From: Flavobacteriales bacterium
Lineage (GTDB): Bacteria > Bacteroidota > Bacteroidia > Flavobacteriales > UBA1820
Direction of reading: 5' to 3'
DNA length: 43,441 nt
Assembly: GCA_028709885.1 (NCBI GenBank)
Contig: JAQUTH010000002.1
Coordinates: forward strand, 1-43,441
The notes beneath the pieces were generated by a model, which was not told where the DNA came from, did not search any database, and saw only the letters and a list, made by a program, of their open reading frames with translations. Shown one piece after another: positions 28,760-33,849 of the stretch. Position 1 is the stretch's first letter, and the number at the start of each line of letters is the position of its first letter. The position numbers and the translations under genes are program-made.

Positions 28760-29044
28760 ATGTTTGTCGGTTCCATATCTGACAACTTCGATGAACGCAT
28801 CGAACATAAAATCTTCCATTGCGAAATCGTGGTAGATAACGCCCGTGTCACTGCCGAAACCAAAGCCTACCAGAAAATTCCCTCAATAATGGACTTTACC
28901 GCCCCCGACGGCACTGACAATATGCAACAACAAATCCAAGCCAACTATGACCGCATAAAGCAAGAGGTCGCAGAAATTGTTACTGCAGAGATTGATAGTA
29001 TAAAAAACTATGAAAAACTCTCAAAGTTGATAAAAAATCAATAA
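28760..29044 (+). CDS. Hypothetical protein (94 aa), the only plus-strand ORF in the island
   Basis: This is an ORF-track entry with no recognisable motif. The C-terminal half looks helical or coiled (QQQIQANYDRIKQEVAEIVTAEIDSIKNYEKL). It could be a gene fragment. Confidence 0.3.
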   Translation: MFVGSISDNFDERIEHKIFHCEIVVDNARVTAETKAYQKIPSIMDFTAPDGTDNMQQQIQANYDRIKQEVAEIVTAEIDSIKNYEKLSKLIKNQ

Positions 29045-29062
29045 CCCGAAAAAGCTATGGAT

Positions 29063-29079
29063 GTTCTTTCCTAAAGAAC
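29063..29079. terminator. Hairpin between the convergent 94-aa ORF (+) and the kinase gene (-)
   Basis: The stem gttcttt-cct-aaagaac is a perfect 7 bp. It is AT-rich and weak. Confidence 0.35.
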
Positions 29080-29115
29080 TTATCGCTTCTTTCTTACAAT
29101 AATTAGATATACTAT

Positions 29116-30183
29116 TTATGTAGCATTGTTTATTACCCATTCAAAATATTTAGCTTCTATTTTTTCTTTCTCCTTATTCGTAATATTCTTGCTACAAAAA
29201 TCTGATATTCGTGTTGTTTTTCCAGCCATATTAGTTTTAGTTGCTTCAAAATCACACATACCTTTAGGTTTGGGAATTACATTAAATCTGTAGTGATACT
29301 TTTTACCAACTCCCATCAATGAAGATGAGTCGTTGATATCTGTTGTCCAGTATCCCGGAAAATTGCATTTTTCCAAGGCTCGTCTCATTTCCAACACTGA
29401 AGAGTACCTATCTGTAGGATTAACAGATACAGCTTTATTGATAATTGAGGCTACTTTGTTTGGGACATAATTCCTGTGATTTCGTGAAGGTATCTTTCCT
29501 TTTTTCTTTAGTTCCTGAAAATTAGATCTGTCACTTAAAAATTCATTCCGCAACTCACTAATACCATTTGCAAGACGGTATGCGGTACATCCCGCTTGAT
29601 AAATGTCAGTAGAAATACTTATAATGGCTGAATCTGAAATTGTTTCTGGTGCACCATGAATAAGGTATATGTTTTTAGGTGTAATAGGCTTGTTATCTGG
29701 AGTTATACCTGAAATTCCATAATCAGCTAAAATACCATTGCTGTTTTTATCTAAAAGAATATTACTTGGCTTAATGTCATTGTGAATAACATTCCCATTG
29801 TGCAGATATTCTAATCCTAACAATACGTCTTTCAATATTTTCAGGAGATCTGGTATGATTAGAAAATTATGTGTATTAAGTAACTTTTCAACCGTGCCAT
29901 TTTCTTGATAATCTTGAGCAATCAATGTGTATGTTTTACCATCATCTTGTATTATATCAGCATAGTGAATCTGCAATAAATTTTGATGATTAAACTTATT
30001 CCCAATCCTTGCTTCTTCAAGGAGTTTTGTCACCTCTTCTAGTTTGGTCGGAATGATTTTTAGTGCAACTTCTTTATCAATAGTTTTATCATTTGCTAAC
30101 CAAACCTCTCCAAATCCACCACCTCCTAACCTGCGAATGAGGGTGAATTTATATACGTTATCTCCTATATTAAACATGCGCAT
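29116..30183 (-). CDS. Hanks-type (eukaryotic-like) Ser/Thr protein kinase, soluble, with an unassigned ~85-aa C-terminal domain
   Basis: 355 aa. All the kinase motifs are present:
- Gly-rich loop LGGGGFGEV
- VALK lysine (K42)
- catalytic loop HNDIKPSN (nt 29761-29784, checked codon by codon)
- DYG, standing in for DFG
- GAPE
- a late DR (NPTDRYSS)

There is no TM segment and no PASTA, FHA or TPR region. Confidence 0.85.
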   Translation of the reverse strand: MRMFNIGDNVYKFTLIRRLGGGGFGEVWLANDKTIDKEVALKIIPTKLEEVTKLLEEARIGNKFNHQNLLQIHYADIIQDDGKTYTLIAQDYQENGTVEKLLNTHNFLIIPDLLKILKDVLLGLEYLHNGNVIHNDIKPSNILLDKNSNGILADYGISGITPDNKPITPKNIYLIHGAPETISDSAIISISTDIYQAGCTAYRLANGISELRNEFLSDRSNFQELKKKGKIPSRNHRNYVPNKVASIINKAVSVNPTDRYSSVLEMRRALEKCNFPGYWTTDINDSSSLMGVGKKYHYRFNVIPKPKGMCDFEATKTNMAGKTTRISDFCSKNITNKEKEKIEAKYFEWVINNAT

Positions 30184-30631
30184 TAGTCATTTTTATCGCA
30201 GCTACAATGGCATCTGCTATTTTTGTATCCCAATGCTTTGATGTTTTGCCCACATTACTTTCTGCTAGTTGCTCCACGTTTTTACTACTTGTTCTTAAAT
30301 TTGTGTATACAAAAGAGCTAATAGGGATATTTTTATCACTAGCTACCATTGTAGTTATGCAGTCAAAAAACATGACTTGTTTGAGTTTGCTATAATTGGA
30401 TGGGGTATTCTCATTTTGTTTTATAGCAATACCATCAAATCCTTTATTATTATCTATAATCCTCTCTATTTCTTTTCTAAACCATGTGTAAATATCATTT
30501 CCCTCACAGCTCTTAGGCTTGGTAATCCTATTCTCATTGCTCAAATTTAAACACTTGTAGCCACTGTCGTCTTTCTCGATGATGGCATATCTAATACCGT
30601 CACTATAATTTCGTATTCCTAATATTTTCAT
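30170..30631 (-). CDS. Hypothetical protein with RuvC/RNase H-like fold signature (DUF3010-like?), catalytic set apparently degenerate
   Basis: 153 aa. MKILGIRNYSDGIRYAIIEK resembles the RuvC/YqgF beta1-beta2 (ILGIDPG), but with R in place of the first catalytic Asp. GIAIKQNE sits at the beta4 position. The C-terminal DTKIADAIVAAI resembles the RuvC DAxAxA helix. The gene overlaps the kinase start by 14 nt. Confidence 0.4.
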   Translation of the reverse strand: MKILGIRNYSDGIRYAIIEKDDSGYKCLNLSNENRITKPKSCEGNDIYTWFRKEIERIIDNNKGFDGIAIKQNENTPSNYSKLKQVMFFDCITTMVASDKNIPISSFVYTNLRTSSKNVEQLAESNVGKTSKHWDTKIADAIVAAIKMTNAHV

Positions 30632-30655
30632 TTAAAGTTGTTTTTTATTTCAATT

Positions 30656-31555
30656 CTAAGATTTAATATCTATCATCTTTTCAAATAGAGGTGTTTTAGT
30701 AATATAGACCTCAATTTCGGGATATTTGGTCTTTTCAATTTCGACAAGTCCGAAGTGAAGCATAAAACGTTCAAAGGTGCGGAGTGAGTAACAATTAGCT
30801 CCTTGCTCTTCCATGGTGCGGTACTCTCGTGTAAAACCTTTTAAAAGATCAGGAAATGCCCTGAAGTATTTCTCTGCATAGAATTTATAGGAACGTTTCT
30901 GATCGCCATACTTCGATAGTAGAATAAAACTGAATCCACTGCCCATTCCGCCAACGTGTTCATTGCCGTAGTCATCAAAATAGGCGAAATTATATCTACA
31001 CGTAAAATTCCATAGTAGCTCTTGGAATAGTTTATTACTATCCTTGGCAATTTTTTCACCGTTTTTCGTAAGGGTCATCACACCTTTTTGCTCTTTAATG
31101 ACTTTCATAATTTTGAGCATTACGTGGGTAAGGATGACGGCTTGAGAATCCAACTCTTTAGTCAATTTTGAGAAACCAGACTCAATTAATTCATCACGAA
31201 TCCCTAACTCATAGACCTCTTTCACTATTTTAGGTGGAATTGCTTTTGTCGCAGTGAGTTTAATTTTACCTTCGCACAGTAGAATATCGGTAATATGTTT
31301 CATCTGACGAAAAAGAGGAATAGTGTTTAAATCCTCCTCGGATAATCTTTTCATCTTAACGGGTGAGCCAATATCCCACAATCCGTGAATAATAGCAAAC
31401 ATATCATTCGAGGAATAACCCTCAAATTGTGATAATGCAGCACTATTACGTTGCTGCATAAACTCTCCAATCCACTGATTTAGCATCTCAATAGATGTAG
31501 CGTGACCATATTTCTTCTCACACTCGGCGATATATTTTTGTAATTTTTCGTTCAT
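30656..31555 (-). CDS. Hypothetical protein (299 aa), no family recognised
   Basis: This ORF-track entry looks helical throughout and has no TM segment or signal peptide. It starts 5 nt after the HTH gene stop. The stretch GKIKLTATKAIPPKIVKEVYE vaguely recalls YecA/SEC-C-associated helical proteins. That is not enough for a call. Confidence 0.5.
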   Translation of the reverse strand: MNEKLQKYIAECEKKYGHATSIEMLNQWIGEFMQQRNSAALSQFEGYSSNDMFAIIHGLWDIGSPVKMKRLSEEDLNTIPLFRQMKHITDILLCEGKIKLTATKAIPPKIVKEVYELGIRDELIESGFSKLTKELDSQAVILTHVMLKIMKVIKEQKGVMTLTKNGEKIAKDSNKLFQELLWNFTCRYNFAYFDDYGNEHVGGMGSGFSFILLSKYGDQKRSYKFYAEKYFRAFPDLLKGFTREYRTMEEQGANCYSLRTFERFMLHFGLVEIEKTKYPEIEVYITKTPLFEKMIDIKS

Positions 31556-31560
31556 AACTG

Positions 31561-31761
31561 CTATTTAGTTTTATGCAACAACTTCCGTATATCTACATCC
31601 AAAAGAGAGGCTATTCGGTCGAGGTTTTCTATTGAGGGTTGTGTGTGGTTATTACACCAACGAGAAACTGTTGCCATATCCTTGCCTAAATTCTCTGCTA
31701 ACCATTTTCCTGTGCGTTTTTGCTCTATCAAAACCTCTTTTATCCTATTCAACTTTGCCAT
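31561..31761 (-). CDS. XRE-family helix-turn-helix transcriptional regulator (66 aa)
   Basis: The stretch GKWLAENLGKDMATVSRWCNNHTQPSIENLDRIASLL is a classic Cro/C1-type HTH_3 pattern. Confidence 0.85.
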   Translation of the reverse strand: MAKLNRIKEVLIEQKRTGKWLAENLGKDMATVSRWCNNHTQPSIENLDRIASLLDVDIRKLLHKTK

Positions 31762-31789
31762 CTCTTTGAATTATGTTTGACGATATATG

Positions 31790-31797
31790 CAAAGTTA
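31790..31797 (-). promoter_or_regulatory. -7 promoter box (TAACTTTG on minus strand) for the HTH-299-153-kinase cassette
   Basis: Plus-strand caaagtta lies 29 nt upstream of the HTH ATG at 31761. Confidence 0.4.
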
Positions 31798-32002
31798 ATA
31801 AATCTATAGCATAAAATAGTAGATAATTTAAAAATGTTTTACTCTCCACTTTCACACGCAAAACAACGTCAACTAAAGTCGAGCAACAATAAGACAATCT
31901 GTGTATTGTCAGTAAAGAATGTCTTTGAAAACAGTGTCAAGATTTAACACTCAGCTAAACCCCGACCCTGATTATCATTAACACGAGATTGTGAAGGTTC
32001 TA

Positions 32003-32623
32003 CTAAAATTTAAAGCCAATTCTAAATGTGAGTTGTCCTGCCAATCCATTGATCATAACATCGCCAGCACTTGTTCCTACAACATCAGGATCTAAATCCC
32101 ATTTGCGATAAGACATTCCCTGCATATTATATCCAACGGATACATAGATTGCAGTTTTAGTATCTCTGGTCTTAAAATCAACACCGAATGCGGGTTCTAA
32201 GATGACTCCGCCTGCTGTTCCTGCATCTTTATTGGAGTTAAGGTCTAAGGAACCACCCACATCGAACTGAAAAAATGGAGATATTTTACCTTTTGATAGG
32301 TTGGCTTTAGCTCTTGCATATAACTGAATTAGGTTTCTACTATCAAAGCTTTCGTAATACCCGGTGTATCTATCTCCCACGTAATTTGTCGAAGTATAAT
32401 AGAGGCTATTCATGTTTTTGTATCCAACACCTGCACCTAAATAGAAATAGTCACTAAAACGATATCCGTTTACCATAGAGATACCAAAACTATATTTGCT
32501 GTAATTGTCAAGACCAATACCTCCATTTAATTCGATTGATTTTTCGTAGCCCTTACTCTGAGCGTCGGATACAGATACTGTCGCCACGATTAGAGCGACT
32601 AATAGGAATAATTTTGTTTTCAT
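32003..32623 (-). CDS. Outer-membrane beta-barrel protein (OmpA-like / OMP_b-brl family)
   Basis: 206 aa with a signal peptide (MKTKLFLLVALIVATVSVSDA). It has alternating aromatic/Gly beta-strand periodicity and the C-terminal beta-signal FRIGFKF. Confidence 0.7.
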   Translation of the reverse strand: MKTKLFLLVALIVATVSVSDAQSKGYEKSIELNGGIGLDNYSKYSFGISMVNGYRFSDYFYLGAGVGYKNMNSLYYTSTNYVGDRYTGYYESFDSRNLIQLYARAKANLSKGKISPFFQFDVGGSLDLNSNKDAGTAGGVILEPAFGVDFKTRDTKTAIYVSVGYNMQGMSYRKWDLDPDVVGTSAGDVMINGLAGQLTFRIGFKF

Positions 32624-32624
32624 G

Positions 32625-32948
32625 TTATTGATTTTTATGTGTTAAACTTACGATTACGCCAATCTGATTCTCTGGCGACTCCTCCGGCGATACTCGATTG
32701 ATACGCACATCGAATATATCACAGTAACCTGCTTCACATAGTTTCGAGATGTGATCATTCTCTCCTCGTGGCACAAAGCCTAGTTTGTATTCACCAAAAT
32801 ATATAGCAACTGCCTTTGGATCATACTGATTTTCTTTCTCCCGCTCCATGCGGAGCTGCGTGCCAATTTTTAGTTCATTAAACACTATCGCACCATCCCA
32901 ATAGGTGAATCCTGCGATGTCAAAATTTGAAAAATGTCTACGTTTCAT
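32625..32948 (-). CDS. Stand-alone HIRAN domain protein (107 aa from ATG 32948; the longest ORF would extend to 33032)
   Basis: FDIAGFTYWDG...LRMEREKENQYDPKAVAIY..YKLGFVPR aligns by eye with the HLTF/Rad5 HIRAN core (VGLRYY...L.REP.NPYD.NAI.V...G.lgylp.). I prefer the internal start because the upstream 84 nt overlap a better-looking small ORF in another frame. Confidence 0.65.
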   Translation of the reverse strand: MKRRHFSNFDIAGFTYWDGAIVFNELKIGTQLRMEREKENQYDPKAVAIYFGEYKLGFVPRGENDHISKLCEAGYCDIFDVRINRVSPEESPENQIGVIVSLTHKNQ

Positions 32949-32952
32949 ACCA

Positions 32953-33090
32953 TTACTTTTTACCTGATTTCTTTTCTCTTTGAGATAATGCACTTGCCGC
33001 AGCTGTTTTGCTTGTAGCACTTGTCCTACCATCTCTTAATACCTTTGATGCAGCTGTTGCAGCCTTTTTGCCTGTTACTTTCTTTGCCAT
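32953..33090 (-). CDS. Small basic Lys/Ala/Ser-rich protein (45 aa), not in the ORF track
   Basis: My own translation gives MAKKVTGKKAATAASKVLRDGRTSATSKTAAASALSQREKKSGKK*. The ATG lies 8 nt after the lipoprotein stop, and the stop lies 4 nt before the HIRAN ATG at 32948, so the gene packs tightly into the operon. Confidence 0.35.
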   Translation of the reverse strand: MAKKVTGKKAATAASKVLRDGRTSATSKTAAASALSQREKKSGKK

Positions 33091-33098
33091 AGTAATTT

Positions 33099-33722
33099 TT
33101 ATTTTACGGTTTTTATATCATCAATTTTGAACTCAAATACATACTCATTGCGGACATCTTGAATAAGTATTGGAAGGAGAATGCGAACAGTCTTACCGAT
33201 GTATGAAGCTTTAGATATCTCCAAATTTGTTTTATCGATATTGAAGTTGAATAAATTTGAAGTACGCCAACCACCATACTGTCCAGAGACATAATACACA
33301 TTATCAGTTGGCTGCACTATATCACTTAGAGATGCACCTTTAGGTATGACGCTGGCAGGTTGGGAATTGTTGCGGTCTATGTATTTTACGCCTGAGTGCA
33401 TCACACGACCAACACTTCCTACGGTATTGATGTACGTTACATCATCCCATGGAATTTTAATTGAATACTCCGATTTGTTCTTGAGACTAAAAGAGAACTG
33501 CGAACTGCCCACAAACCAAGAGATGTCGATGTAATCATCTTCATACTTGAAGCCACTTTTGCCCTCTTCTTCAAGAGTTACGATTTTTGTTTCGCCATAC
33601 TGCTTTTTGGCATCAGCAGGAGCCTCAACATTTGACAGACCCACATTGTACATCAAACGAGGTCCAAAACACGATGACAGAAGCATCACCGCTAAAACTG
33701 AGAGTAGAATTTTTGTTTTCAT
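33099..33722 (-). CDS. Hypothetical lipoprotein (207 aa)
   Basis: It has a signal peptide with a lipobox-like LLSSC. The remainder is a beta-rich soluble domain with no recognised family. Confidence 0.6.
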   Translation of the reverse strand: MKTKILLSVLAVMLLSSCFGPRLMYNVGLSNVEAPADAKKQYGETKIVTLEEEGKSGFKYEDDYIDISWFVGSSQFSFSLKNKSEYSIKIPWDDVTYINTVGSVGRVMHSGVKYIDRNNSQPASVIPKGASLSDIVQPTDNVYYVSGQYGGWRTSNLFNFNIDKTNLEISKASYIGKTVRILLPILIQDVRNEYVFEFKIDDIKTVK

Positions 33723-33804
33723 TTTCCTTTGTATTTAAAGTTATTATTAGCTCTACGATACAAAGGTGATATAAAAGTGTGCAGTATATATGCACAATAA
33801 GAAA

Positions 33805-33828
33805 AGAGTTTGAAATTAATCAAACTCT
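33805..33828 (-). terminator. Intrinsic terminator downstream of hsdR
   Basis: The hairpin is agagtttga-aattaa-tcaaactct. On the minus strand it is followed by TTTCTT. It lies 22 nt beyond the hsdR stop. Confidence 0.55.
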
Positions 33829-33849
33829 CTCTTGTAAAACGATATATGG

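Noticed and set aside
28291-31800. Retron, CRISPR or other RNA-templated system near the kinase cassette
   Set aside because: The window contains no reverse transcriptase, no cas gene and no regularly spaced repeat array. The short repeats at 28329-28582 are only two imperfect copies.
32949-33032. N-terminal 28-aa extension of the HIRAN ORF (start at 33032)
   Set aside because: The extension overlaps a better-packed 45-aa ORF in another frame and adds nothing HIRAN-like. I kept it as a possible alternative start rather than the primary call.
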